Assembly (NCBI GenBank): GCA_951406725.2
Contig: OX597816.1
Span: 41,726,001 to 41,790,000 of the forward strand
Reading direction: 5' to 3'
Source: Octopus vulgaris
Lineage: Eukaryota
DNA: 64,000 bases
Position 1 is the first letter of the stretch. Every line of letters starts with the position of its first letter. Position numbers and translations under genes: made by a program. Shown piece by piece: positions 1 through 13,300 of the stretch. The notes below the pieces were generated by a model. The model saw only the letters and a program-made list of their open reading frames with translations. It made no database searches and was not told the origin of the DNA.

Positions 1-284
1 TATTTAAAGATTATATAGATATATGCCCGCGTGTGTGTCTTTTCCTGTGTGTTTGTGTACTTTTATTGAAGTTATTTCTCTTCAAACTGTGTCTGTGACC
101 TCATAATAATGTGGGTTTGTTTCTGTATTTATGTCAATTTGCATAATTTTGATTTAAGAACGTGATGACATATGATTATTACCAAGATATTATCTGAAAG
201 AAATTATTTGTTATGACTTCAAATGACTATGCAAATAAGTGTCGTTTAATTTTGATCAATATGAAATTTAATGCCGAACCGAAT

Positions 285-1622
285 GCCACAACTAACACTA
301 TCTACACAGACACGCTTGGGCCTATCTTTTGAATTTTAATAAATGTTTTGTATAAATCACATTAAGAGTACATGTTAAAATACAAAATATCCAGCTCAAC
401 AACTCAAGAATAGTATCATGCTGTGTTCTTCCATTTAACTGTGCCAAAGTGAGTTACTGTTATAAATCAAAAAATAACTTGTTGTTTTTCCTGTTTGCTG
501 TTATTAGTGCTGGTGGTATTTATATAAGGTTATATCGGCTATATAATAATAGTAACAAAGAAGTTCCAACCAAGATCATATTTTCAGAAACGTGGAATGT
601 TATAAAATGTATAATTCAATTGCTGTTAATGCTGTACATTCACACGTCAACACTGAGTTGTCAGAAGTATAACCAAAGACATCCCAATGTGGCTATCCCC
701 GCTCATTTAATACAGCAGGTACTATGTTATGCATTCAGCTTTACTTCCAGTTTCAGCAAGTACTCAGGCTATTCTGTTGTAAGTTTGCGTTCGGAAACAA
801 AGTGCTTAACACGATATATTTAATTAAATAAATGAACTGAAACATCTAGTATATTTTGGTACAACCTCCTTTTCTGATCTTTTATTTGTATGTCTTTTAT
901 TTTTCTCTTGTTTCCGCCATTAAACTGCGGCTACGATATTTATTCTATCAATTCTTATGCTAAACCGACAGATTAAAGGGACGTAAACACAGCAACACGT
1001 TTGCCAAGCGGTGCTGGGAAATAAAAGCAGATACAACGACACACCCATGTAAATATACATCACACATAAGCACACACTCACACACACACATATATATACA
1101 CGCACACACGTACATATATAAGCAGATTCTTTCAGTTTCCGTACACAAAATCCACGCAGAAGGCTTTGGCCAGCCTGCCGCTATAGTAAATGCCATTTAC
1201 CCAAGTGGTGAAGCAATGGGACTGTAGCAGAAACTATGTGTTTGGAAACTAACATTTTACCACAGAGTTACCCGTGGGTCTATCCACACACAGCCACGAC
1301 TAACACTATCTACACAGACACGCTTGTGCCTATCTTTTGAATTTTAATAAATGGTTTGTATAAATCATTAAGAGAACAAGTTAAAATACAAAATATCCAG
1401 CTCAACAGCTCAAGACTAGTATCATGCAGTGTTCTTCCATTTAACTGTCCCAAAGTGAGTTACTGTTATATATAAAAAATTAACTGGTTTTCCTTATTTG
1501 CTGTTACTAGTACTGGTGGTATTTATATCAGGTTATATCGGCTATATAATAATAGTAACAAAGACGTTCCAACCAGGATCATATTTTCAGAAACGTGGAA
1601 TGTTATAAAATGTATAATTCAA
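285..1622 (+). repeat. Direct duplication of ~335 bp (285-619 and 1293-1622)
   Basis: Both copies read gccac(a/g)actaacactatctacacagacacgctt...gaaacgtggaatgttataaaatgtataattcaa with scattered substitutions; a SINE remnant lies between them. Confidence 0.9.
975..1270 (-). mobile_element. tRNA-derived SINE family A (CORE-like), degraded
   Basis: Reverse complement matches the copies at 15770 and 52100 (ctttcagtttccgt, aaggctttggcc, internal CA/TA microsatellite). Confidence 0.7.
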
Positions 1623-2439
1623 AAGAATGCGAGTTGCGATTCGTGGGATGTTGGCTGGTGTTTCTAGCTGAGTAGTTAGCCTTGTAAAAGCTCTCTCGGT
1701 GGAAACCGTATCCTAAACATGTGCATAGTTACGTTGCTTAGCTTCAGCTCAACTCAGATCGACAATCAAAAAGGCAAAAGGCATTCGATCCATGATCCAC
1801 TCGGCTTTCTTTTCTGTGTCAGAAGAGCATTATCCAGTATGACGTATCACCGATCTCGGTTTATGTAGAGTCCTGGTGCTCTGTGTCAGACATTTTTGAA
1901 AATAAATTTGTACGCAAATTGCAAGCAAAAATAGAAAGGCCAACTGCTAAATCGATGGGCACAGCCAAGCGAACGTTCATTCTCGATTTTATGTAATCCA
2001 AAATTTTTACACGGCCGAGCTTGAATCTTTCAGAATAGGCTGATAAATTCGATAGAACAGATCTCTCTACGTGCTTGTACTCATAGGATGTTTTTCCAAT
2101 GGTGATGAGCGGCATTTATTTAGGAATAAAGTACACTATCAGTACATTTCACGTGATCTAATAATTACTGTTAACATTTAGGAAGGAAAAAGGTCCGTCC
2201 GGATATACATATTAATCAATATATTTCTGGATACAGAAACGCATTAGAGACAAAAGAAACTACAATGTGAATACCTTTCATTATACAACATGTCAGTCTG
2301 CAATAGGAAAAACAGCAACATCAAAAGATTTCCATAAAATAACTACAATCATTTGAAGGGGCAATTTAAATGCCAGCATTACAATATATGGCCCACTCCA
2401 AAATATGCCTTAAAATTTAGGAGAAATCTTATCTACATA

Positions 2440-2954
2440 CTAGCAGCATAACCCGGTATTGCCCGGGTATGTAAGAGCCCCTGGAGCAGACATGATGCTT
2501 GCTGTGAATTTTAAAAAAATTCCTGCCAATTTGTGAAATATACTGTCGAAAATATGTCATCTTGAATTTGAACGCGATTTCACAAAATGGCATGATTTTA
2601 TCGATTTTTTCTGATGGTAAGGTATTGCATGGAAAACTAATGTCAGAATTAAGTTTCTTAGGGTAACATTAAGCTTCACCATGAGTTTGGTGAAAATCGA
2701 TTGCAAGTTGCGAAAACTACAATAGAAAATGTGTTGCAAATAAAAAGCTTAGATTCTCGACCCCATGTCGAATTTATCGATTTTTTTCAGAACTGGGGAG
2801 ACTTTTCAAAATTTTCGATGCGTTAGTTTTGGATTATCATATTGGGCTATGTGTGTGTCAAGTCTCATCAGAATCGGTTGAAAGCCGTGGTTAGGGTGAG
2901 GGTACAACCTGACAGACACACAGACAGACAAACTGCCGTTTATATATAGAGAGA
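2440..2954 (-). mobile_element. Non-autonomous Helitron
   Basis: Minus strand starts A|TCTCTCTATATATAAAC with a (GTCT)n run and ends with the hairpin cccgggcaataccggg then CTAG|T: canonical Helitron termini and A/T target. Confidence 0.85.
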
Positions 2955-3094
2955 TACATATACATTCGAATCATACATTGATAGTGTAGGTTAAGAATAA
3001 TTATACGAAAAATTACAGAAATACATTGAAAAGTAATTGTTTACATGGCTGTCTTCTTCCGACTTCAAAAATAGAATACGGCCTAAAGCCGCAA

Positions 3095-3270
3095 GCTTAT
3101 AGAATAGTTATTGCGCAGAAAAATGCTTAGCGGCATTTCCTCTGACATTCGATTCTCAATTGTAATGCCACTAGATTAGACTTTGCTTTTTATCCTTCTA
3201 GAATCGATAAAATAAGGACCAGTAGAACTTACATTCTCCCCCAGTTCTTGCTCCCAAGTTTGAAACTAAT
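3095..3270 (+). mobile_element. SINE family B (Meta-domain-like), degraded
   Basis: aaatgcttagcggcattt...gactttgctttttatccttctagaatcgataaaataaggaccagt, similar to 56571/60857. Confidence 0.55.
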
Positions 3271-4589
3271 ATTGAAATATGAACTTCCAGAATCATTACA
3301 CGACCAGTTTTGGATCTTTCAAGAATAAGTTGATAGATTCGAGAGAACAGAGATCGCTAAGTGCTTGTACACATTGGTTTGTGTTTCAATGGCGCAGCCA
3401 TTATATACTATATGAATAAATTGGTTACTTGTTGGGGATTGATGTAGTTTCTGAAATTTCATGCTGAACAAACAGCAATGCTGATTTGTTTATAGTGATC
3501 AAATATTAGTGCTGAACATTAGCTCTCCCCTTCCATCAAATCGAAAATGCCTTTATATATTCATGGTGGAGCCCAAGTTAGATATCGAAGTGATAGCTGA
3601 GCAGTGCTTTGCGCAAGAACACAACGAAACACATGGTACGGAATTGAAACTATATTCACGAGATCGCAATTTCAGCAGCTTCACATTAGGTCAGGCACTG
3701 ATATGAAACTGATATTTATGATTTTATACAACTTGTCAGTCTTGTAAAAATTGGAAATCAGTGTAAAATATTCACTTGTCCAATTAAAAAGTGAATGCGA
3801 CAAATATATACAACACTTTTTATTTTATTATTTGAAATAAGATAAGTTCAAGAATAATTATTAGGGATTGAACTGCGAAAACATTTATTTCATTATTTCA
3901 GAGTAAATTTGCGAATGTACCAATCACCAACATTAAAATCTCCATATCTTGTAATATAAAAACGAACTATTTGGAACCAACAAAGTCTGATAAATTAAAT
4001 ATAAATATTGGCGATAATTGTTTGAGTAGTGTTTATGCGCAACAGTTCATGTGTGTTTCATTGGTATCTCATAATTAGCTGATATGTTTGAAAAACGAAT
4101 ATGAAAGCCCGTACATGAAACAAAATCCCAAACCTTAAGTTTGTTTTTAATATTTCCCTAACGATATTAGTGAAATTGATAATTTGATAGAATATCTATT
4201 GTGTTTTCCGTTTCTAGCAAATTGGTATTGTCCATGGGATATTTATCGGACCATTTGCAATGTGTACGAAAGCACAATTATTTTCAGTTCATAGATGAAG
4301 ATAAACATTACAGACCTCTGTTTTCGAAACAAAGTGGAAGTTCGCTTCACTAATCCAATAAAACCGTAATAAATATCATAATTCATACTTCCCTTGTTTT
4401 GCCATGGCAAACAAAATTAGCTCGAATCAAATGGCTTTTGGTCAAATCATGTCACAATAATACAAAATAATGTAATTTTCACATTGCTTTCAATTAGTAG
4501 AAGCATCTATTTAATAACAAGTTGTGTTATTGCTGATTTTTTCCATTATTTTTATTATTGTTGTTGCTGCTGTTGTTTTTGTGATGCTC

Positions 4590-4604
4590 TTATTATTATT
4601 ATTA

Positions 4605-4690
<86 letters not shown>

Positions 4691-4730
4691 TGTAGTTGTA
4701 ATAGTAGTAGTAGTAGTAGTAGTAGTAGTA
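4590..4730. repeat. (TTA)n/(TAG)n microsatellite
   Basis: Direct inspection. Confidence 0.95.
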
Positions 4731-6068
4731 TTTATCGTTTTGTTATTGCTAATGCTTCCATCTCGATATCACGCAACTTTTCATCTTTCTACAGACTTCT
4801 AACTGTTGAGTTTTGCGTTCCCTTTGTGGCAGAACCGATCGCGGCGTTAAAACCCTGATCATGTTCTATTGTTTCTATCTTTTTTTAGGCTTTTTGTGTA
4901 AAAACATATACATTAGTTAAACATCCAACTTCTTTATCGCTAATTAATGCTATAATATCAACTATGGCGTCGTTTCTGATATGCGGGAAGCTATAGAAGG
5001 CTGGCTCAGGACGATAAAGCAATGAGACATTCATGAGGCATTCATGTGTAGTCTTCCATTTGACATTTATGATAATATAATAATATGTTGTACACGTTAT
5101 ACAGAGGCAAGCTACAGTTTTCTGGGATAAAAATAGGAGAATTGTTTTAACTTCTGCCTCACTGTTATCACATCAAAACTATTCGGAATATTTAAGCCAT
5201 GCTGCATATTTTGGAGAAGAGGAAACGTTCATATTTAAAACGTTATATGAAATTTTATATATCTTTCACAGTGATTATACGGGGTGTAAATGGCACAATA
5301 AGAATTGATTGGAATAGTAGATCACAAGGTCTGGTATAAATGACGAGGTGGAAAGCATCAAAGTTTTTTTTTTAATGTAAAAACAGTAAATGAACCTTGA
5401 AACATAAATTCGTAATGCATGACTCATAAGGGACAAGGTTAACAATAGCTATTCGAATAGAGGGAATAACAATAGGATCTGCAGTGGAATAGTAATTATT
5501 ACAGAAACACTTCATCACTCTCCACTCGTTAGCATCGAATCTATAATGTGTAAATATGTTGGATCAGGATTTTTGGCCATGTATTACTCCAACAGTTTTA
5601 ATGGCCCTATTGTTATTGACATTATTTCTGCTTCCAAGTGTCAATATATATCTTGATAAACTATTAATTTATTATTAAAATATATCGTCATAAATTATGG
5701 AAGACAGACAGGAACAAGAGGGGGCATACTTTAAGTTTAGTTTTGACAATAATTTCCCGATTCTTGTTCACCGCATTAAATAGGTTGGCTGATTTATGGT
5801 TTCGCAAAACTCCACTGGCTGCCAAGTGTGTTGTTGAGTGAGGCACACTATAGTTCTGCGGATGCAACAAGTTGTTTGTACGAGGTATCAGTTTCTGTCT
5901 TGTAGATCATCGATACCTGTTTCTTGTTTCTCAATAATTTATTGTAGGTTTTGTGTAAAATGAATTTTGTGATTTAAATCCGAAAAACCCCACGACCATT
6001 GACGCTTGTGTCCCAACTTCAACACAGCCCTATTAAATGCTACATCAGTCATACGCGGTCATGCACAA

Positions 6069-6107
<39 letters not shown>

Positions 6108-6140
6108 TACACACATACACACACTAATATGTATATGTCT

Positions 6141-6336
6141 GTACGATTATTTACATTATCTAAAATTGACGGATATTTGTGCTCATCTTCTTTGCTGATA
6201 ACACAACTTTTAACCATTACGCCATATGCCCACGGGCATACGGCGTAGTAGTTAAGAACGCGGGTTACTAACCCCAAGACTCTGAGTTCGATTCCAGACA
6301 GTGACCTGAATAATAATAATAATAATAGTAATAATA

Positions 6337-6430
<94 letters not shown>

Positions 6431-6645
6431 TAATAATAATAATAACAACAACAACAACAACAACAACATCGAAAAATACATTAGGAATGAGAAACCAGGT
6501 TGGAAATTTCCCCAAGACACCTGATGAAGGTTGGAGGGTATATCAGCCGAAACGCTGTGTTAACAACAAACAAGATGAGGACAAATATCTGTCAATTGTA
6601 AATACTGTAAATATTGTACATAATTCATCATCTCTTAAATATAGA
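6141..6645 (+). mobile_element. tRNA-headed, hammerhead-tailed SINE-like retroelement with an inverted partial copy at its 5' end
   Basis: tRNA-like head 6234-6306 (A-box-like cggcgtagtag, B box gagttcgattcc), (TAA)n/(CAA)n body, hammerhead motif 6517-6560; 6141-6207 and 6210-6231 are inverted copies of the tail and head. Confidence 0.7.
6517..6560 (+). ncRNA. Minimal type-I hammerhead ribozyme motif (PLE-type)
   Basis: acac-CTGATGA-a-ggttgg..tcagcc-GAAA-cg-ct-gtgt; the triplet reads GCU here but GUU in the inverted copy (acacaac, 6201-6207). Confidence 0.7.
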
Positions 6646-7084
6646 AATGTCTGCACGAATTTATTTACAAATGAGGCCAAACTCATTCTATATAATAATT
6701 CCTGCGTACGTTTCATCATTACGGCTCTTTCACACACACCAAAGATGTTTCTACTACTTGGGGGCCATACTACTGGATGAAAATTTGGACTGTCGATGAA
6801 CAAGAATTTGTTAATTGTTTCACGTCAATTGGTGTCACATTGCATAAAATCTTTAACAATAAGAATACTATATATCTAGAATAATAGGAGGGACTTATAG
6901 TCATGAGTGTCTTACGTGTAGTACTTCCCTATTTGTATTCGAAATACAATTTTTGTCAGATGTTTTGAACACAAGGAGAAAAAAATATGATGAAGCTGTC
7001 CAACGTTCCTTGTTTTTATGCGTTGACCGTTGATTTTGTCGGGGAAATGATGGGTTATTGTGCGATAGGAAAATACATTGCAAA

Positions 7085-7466
7085 TACTCTCTTTTACTCT
7101 TTTACTTGTTTCAGTCATTTGACTGTGGCTATGCTGCAGCACCACCTTTAGTCGAGCACATTGACCCCAGGACTTATTCTTTGTAAGCCTAGTACTTATT
7201 CTATCGGTCTTTTTGCCGAACCGCTACGTTACGAGGACGTAAACACACCAGCATCGGTTGTCAAGCGATGTGGTGGGGACAAACACAGACACACAAACAA
7301 ATACACACATATGCATTTATATATAAATATAAACATATATACCACGGTTTTCTTTCAGTTTCTGTCTATCAAATCCACTCACAAGCCTTTGGTCGGCCCG
7401 AGGTTATAGCAGAAGACACTTGCCCAAGTTGCCACGCAGTCAGACTGAACTCGGAACCATGTGGTT
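7085..7466 (-). mobile_element. SINE family A
   Basis: Tail tactcttttactcttttacttgtttcagtcatttgac; body homologous to 15770-16210. Confidence 0.9.
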
Positions 7467-8622
7467 ACGCCAAATATGAAAATATATTTTTATAATGCTC
7501 TGTCAGAAGTGCTGCAGTTTGGGATACTCAATTTCCATACTGACGGTTGGCTGCAATACACCACATTAGAAAAATAGATTTTAGTTATTCCATCGTATCA
7601 TAAGCAAAAGTTGATGTCACGTATTTGAAGGTCAATAACCGTAATGCTCTCAGACGTTAAACTTCACACTAATGTCACCCGGAGCTGGTATAACCTGATT
7701 TCTACAGTGGGTCTGCGATATATACACAACAGAATACACCGGAGTATAATGGAATATAAAACAATCCGAAGACCTGCTACACAAAGGGAAAAAAATGCAA
7801 TTACAGAATGTGAAGTAAAAGGAGAAAGCAAATGCAATTACAGAAAGTGTAAGTCAAAACAGTTCAAAATGTCTAAAAACCTAAATAAACGATTGCAGCA
7901 GCCATATTTTTAAAATGCACTATATAGACTGAAAAAACAAAAACAAAAAAACACTTGTAATAATCTTGGTCTACAATTTAACTGCACACCGTTGTATTTT
8001 GCTTTTTACATGGGCGGTCAGGTGGTAGTGGCAGCGAGTGCCTAGATAATGTGCCGGTTTTAGCTTTACCGCACACATATTTTGCCATATGCATTTTGAG
8101 AATTAGATAAGAGCACAAAATCCTATAAGGCATTGCAACACCTATATCTATCAATTTACTAATATAAGACTGCTTGCTAGTTGTGTGCTTTCATGTATAT
8201 GGTATCCCTTCGTCAAAACACTCCTGCACAATTAGACATCTAGCTACGAGCAATATAACTTTTGCCTCGTGTTGATTATTGTCTATGAGCATCTAGATAC
8301 CGAGAACAATATGGTGTAACAGAAAAGTTGATCGGCTTAATTAAATAATTATTTTAATCTACTATGTTACCATTGGCATTAATTCCCTGCTGGTCGCGGT
8401 GTAACATAAGATTTTTGACGTATGCTTTTGAACGCGTATGTATGGTGTGTATGTACCTGTTTATCTATCTGTCTTAATATCTATCTGTCTGTATGTATGT
8501 CTGCCTGTATGCATTTGTGCTCTGCACACGGGCATAAATACTGGGGAGTAAATGTGTGAGTAATTATATTTCTGCTAGTTTTGCGCACGTTAATATCTAT
8601 CTCACAAATATGTATCTATGAA

Positions 8623-8624
<2 letters not shown>

Positions 8625-8706
<82 letters not shown>

Positions 8707-8710
8707 AATA

Positions 8711-8762
<52 letters not shown>

Positions 8763-8828
8763 AATCTATCTATACACACACATACATGTACGTTTGTATA
8801 TATGTATCTATGTATGTATGTATGCATG

Positions 8829-8868
<40 letters not shown>

Positions 8869-8995
8869 GGGAGAGAGCGAAATATGTATACATATGTATG
8901 TAAATATATATATATATATATATATATATTTACATATATGTATGTGTATATATATCTATATATATTTTATGTGTGTGTATATATATATATATATA
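8625..8995. repeat. (TATC)n and (TA)n/(TATG)n microsatellite cluster
   Basis: Direct inspection. Confidence 0.95.
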
Positions 8996-10503
8996 CACAT
9001 GGATGTATGTATACGTATGATTGTGTATGTCTGTGAGTGTGTGTCTGTGCAAAATTCTATATAGAACAAAAAATATATATGAGAGGATAAAAGCTACAAT
9101 TCTTTACGATTAACAGTAAAATCTATTTCAAACTGACAAATGTTGAAAGTTTTGCCAATATAATTTGTATCACCAAAATACTCTCTTTGATGTAAGCGAA
9201 ATATATAAATATATTTCCACATAATATGTGTTGAAGCGTGATAAAATCATCCATAAATGCATTGCTATATTTTATCTATTTCATGTAACCGCTTAAATCG
9301 GTTATCAGCAGTTTTCTATTATCATTTTTTTATTAATTTTTTACCTTCATTATTATTATTGATATGTTTGTTGTTGTTAGTAGTATTAATAATTTTGGTT
9401 TATTAATATTACTCATATCCCCATAATATATTTAAAAAAAATATTCTATATAAGGTTTCGGTATGTGTTTCCTTTGAAGCTCATATCTTTCTGGTTTTTA
9501 CAATTATTCCATGTATATTCCTCGATTTATAACCTCAAACTTTACTGTCACAGTCATTGTGATGCAGAAGACGCATCTTTCCAATACATTATCTCTCCTT
9601 CTTGAAATTTCTCACATACGACATGATTTGATTTCTGTCTTTCTGTCTATCACGTATCTGTCTCATTCTTCTATGCAACCGTTTGTTTCTATTTCCATTT
9701 ATTAATAACATTTTCATTTCCGACATTTCATCATGATAAGCTAATTTCTCTAAAACATCGCTAAAATCTTATCTATTAACGTAAATACATATGCAAACTC
9801 CTTCTCTTTCAGTGAAAATTATACGAATAATTATTGCGGATTTTTTCAATGTTTTGAAAATAGAATAAGAAAATAAAACAAAATATCTTCAATGCTAGTT
9901 TTGCAGATTTGTACAGATTTGTTGAATATGACAGCAAAAACCGTTTACAATAATAGACTGCGTGAACAAAAATCAACAATAACATCTATACAATACAAAA
10001 CGTCGTAGTTTGAAAATGTTATCTCAGACTTGATAAAAAAAATTGCTAAATAAGGAATCGATTACATTATTGAACAGCTTATAGAAGTGTCGAATGCTTT
10101 CATGCTTTCCTTTGTGTTGCAGTTGTGTTGCGAGGCGAACAAATAATTTACGCCAAAAAAGGAAAAGACTATACGTTTAATACCGAGCTATACAACGGCA
10201 AAAATAATTATTTTATTGTAGAGACGTAGAAGTAAAATCATCATATATACGACTGTGATATAAATAGGAAGTAAAGAAATGATTTGTTGAACATGGAAGG
10301 ATTTCTTCAACTTATTTTGCTATAAATTGAAACAATCACAGAATTGACAGGTGATTTACATAAGCATCAAAATTAAAATCTCATTTGCAATACAAAGGAT
10401 ATACAGCGATTTTCTAACCGACATATATAAGGGCTTGCGTATTTTCAAAAAGAAAACATCAGAGAGAATCAGAAATAGGTTTTTATATAATTCGTATTCA
10501 AAA

Positions 10504-10616
10504 GGCGCAGTCGTGGCTGTGTGGTAACAAGATTGTAACCCAACCACATGGTTCCAGTTTCTGTCCCTTGTGAGCTAATTTGCAGACGGAAACTGAAAGA
10601 AGCCCGTCGTATATAC

Positions 10617-10649
<33 letters not shown>

Positions 10650-10940
10650 GATATTAGAAGAAATGAGGTAGGTCTAATATATAAAACCTGTACATCATCT
10701 CCAAAACTTCTAATATATATGTATGTGTGTGTGTGTGTGTGCCCCCACTATGACTTGATAGCTGAAGCTGGTGTTTTCATGTCCCCGTAATTTAGTTTTT
10801 GGGAAAACATAACACTTAAGCACTAGTCTTACAAAGAATAAGTCATGGGTGAGATCCTTTCGACTAAAATACTCTAAGGCGGTGTTCCAGCATGGTTGCG
10901 GGCAAGTGACCGAAACTGATAAAACAGTAAAAGAATACAA
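10504..10940 (+). mobile_element. SINE family A with a small insert in its internal (TA)n
   Basis: Head ggcgcagtcgtggctgtgtggtaac, gacggaaactgaaagaagcccgtcg, tail aaacagtaaaagaatac. Confidence 0.85.
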
Positions 10941-11103
10941 TCTGCGTCGGAAACGGAGATTTTTTTTTATTAGGCTTTGTTACATTGCGCGTTGAGAAAA
11001 ATATCTTACACACAAAGCGGGCTCGATTTGGCTGACAAGCTGGTCAACGCACATCCGACTAAACAACAAGTTGTCCTCGTATCTATTATACACGTGCAAT
11101 AAT

Positions 11104-13300
11104 GTGCGACCTTCCGACGTATGTATGTTTGTATGTATATATGGGCACTATGTCTTTTCGTCCGACGTCACTTCTTCGAACGTCTTTCCCTCCACGTCTT
11201 TTGGTCGTACGTCTTTTTGGTCCGATGATTATTTTTTTTTTGTTCAACGACTTTTTTGTCCAATCTCTTATTATAAAAGGCAGATTTTATCTGCCTCCCT
11301 TTGTAACTTATAGAAATCTACAATATAGAATTTCTTCAATTACAATTTACCTAGCATTTTTAAGAGTAGAATGCATCGGGTCATGCCAGGTCCAGTTTTT
11401 AAAATTTAAACTCCAATTAAGCAAAATTTACAGAAAACTCACATTCTGGTGTGTATGTCAAATGCTTTTCTTAATGTGGTTTACACCACACGCACACGCA
11501 CACACACAGTGTGCAACGAATAAAATGAAAGTAAATAGCGACAGAGTGATTTGAGGAAGACTAAACTGAAAGTATTTAAACCACTACTCAAAAAATAAAA
11601 AAACACAGCAAACAGAAACAAATAAATACATAACGACTTACTCCTCACACAATTTCTTCAATTAGAGTGTACCCATGATTTTTCAGAGTACTTCGGTGGG
11701 TGATGCCATAAAAAATTTCTTTCAATTTTACCACCAATTAAGACAAAATTCGAGAAAACTCAATATTTTAACATTTCACTCCGAAAGCATTGATGTACAT
11801 GTGTGCGTGCGTGAGTGTGTGTGTGTCATTCCTCACACACACGCATACACATACATATATGAGAGTTTCAAACAACTACATACAAACACGTGTGTGTTTG
11901 TTATTAGTAAAAAAGGCGCCAAAACACAACTCACTTATCATTCCAACACATTTGCAAAGACACACGGACGGTGGAATTGCTATAACAATACAGAAAAGGT
12001 AAATTGGTTTTTATTTTACTTTGTATATATTTTATTATATAATATTATATATAGATATATGTATATATAATTGCAGTATGAAACAGTGTTTATGTATAAA
12101 CAGACGACACTTATATATAGTTATTATAATAAGAGATTAATAAATGTATGCATCCGTTTAACCCTTTCGTTACCAAACCGCCTGAATTTACCTATTCATA
12201 TTTAAATGAGAATATCAGAGTAAATCTCTTTAGTACATTCGTGAAAACACGTATTATACTTCGTAAACACTTCAACTACAGTTTTGTACAAAAATCGAAG
12301 TGTAATTTTAATTCCGTGAATTATGGGAGATTTTTTTCCGAAATTTGTTCCTATTGTGTTTTCAAAATTTGTAATTCTGACAAAAAATGGATACGAATTT
12401 CATTATATCAAGCAGCGAGTCAGAATTCGAAGGATTTTCTACTGAAGACCTTCATAAATCTAACTCTATGACTGAAAAAAAAAGCATCTTTCTATAAGAG
12501 TGAAGTTGTGTGTCTGTCTCCTACGATTTAGATTCGTAACTACTCCCACATTTTGCGGTGCAGTTTAACCAAAACCGGGTATCTTATAGTCGTGATTCAT
12601 ATCGAGCCCTTCTGGGTATTAGCGCGCGTCTACGATGAGTCTACGATTTAAAAAATATTTACCATCATATTTTTCCATTTTAATGCATTTTTTCGCTTTT
12701 ATATAAGGGAAGTAACTCTCTAAAAATATCTACGATGTGTCAACGATTTAAAAAAAAATTTACCTTAATTTTTTTTCAATTTTTAATGCATTTTTTTGCT
12801 ATTTTTTTGTTATAACTCTCTAAAAATGCTTATATAGTTATTTCCCTTACAACCCGAGCAACGCCGGGCGATACTGCTAGTTTTAAATAAACTTTTTAGA
12901 AAACAAGGTAAACTTACTAAAATTCTTCGATATAGTACACAATATCAAAGAACAACTGAATTCCACAAAAGATCTGTCATTGAAACAAGAAAAATTGATT
13001 TATTGAAGCGTGTGGCATATAATGTTTATCAAATTTAAGTGTTCATAACAAATCATTAGTTATATCATATTTATTTTTAAGGATTCTTTTAGAAATACAT
13101 TTTCCATAGTATTTTACTTGAATCCTATCAATAAAATTCTCAATGACTATTTGATTTTGTGTTCACCTTGTTTTCTAAAGAGGTCACTTGAAATTGGACA
13201 AAATGTCGTTCGTTAAAAAATTATAGGACAAAAAGACGTCGGACCAAAAGACGCCGACGAAAGACGTTGGATCAAGTGACATCGGAGAAAGGTCGGATCA
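11104..13300. mobile_element. Foldback-like element with ~110-150 bp terminal inverted repeats built of ~15-bp subrepeats
   Basis: 11154-11263 (acgtcttttggtcg...acgacttttttgtccaat) is the reverse complement of 13192-13300 (attggacaaaatgtcgtt...gacgtcggaccaaaagacg). Confidence 0.6.
12487..12880 (+). mobile_element. Non-autonomous Helitron
   Basis: A|TCTTTCTATAAG at the 5' end; 3' hairpin cccgagcaacgccggg then CTAG|T; internal tandem subrepeats. Confidence 0.85.

Noticed and set aside
6234-6306. Functional tRNA gene
   Set aside because: Acceptor and T stems pair poorly, no oligo-T terminator follows, and it is embedded in a repeat; treated as a SINE head
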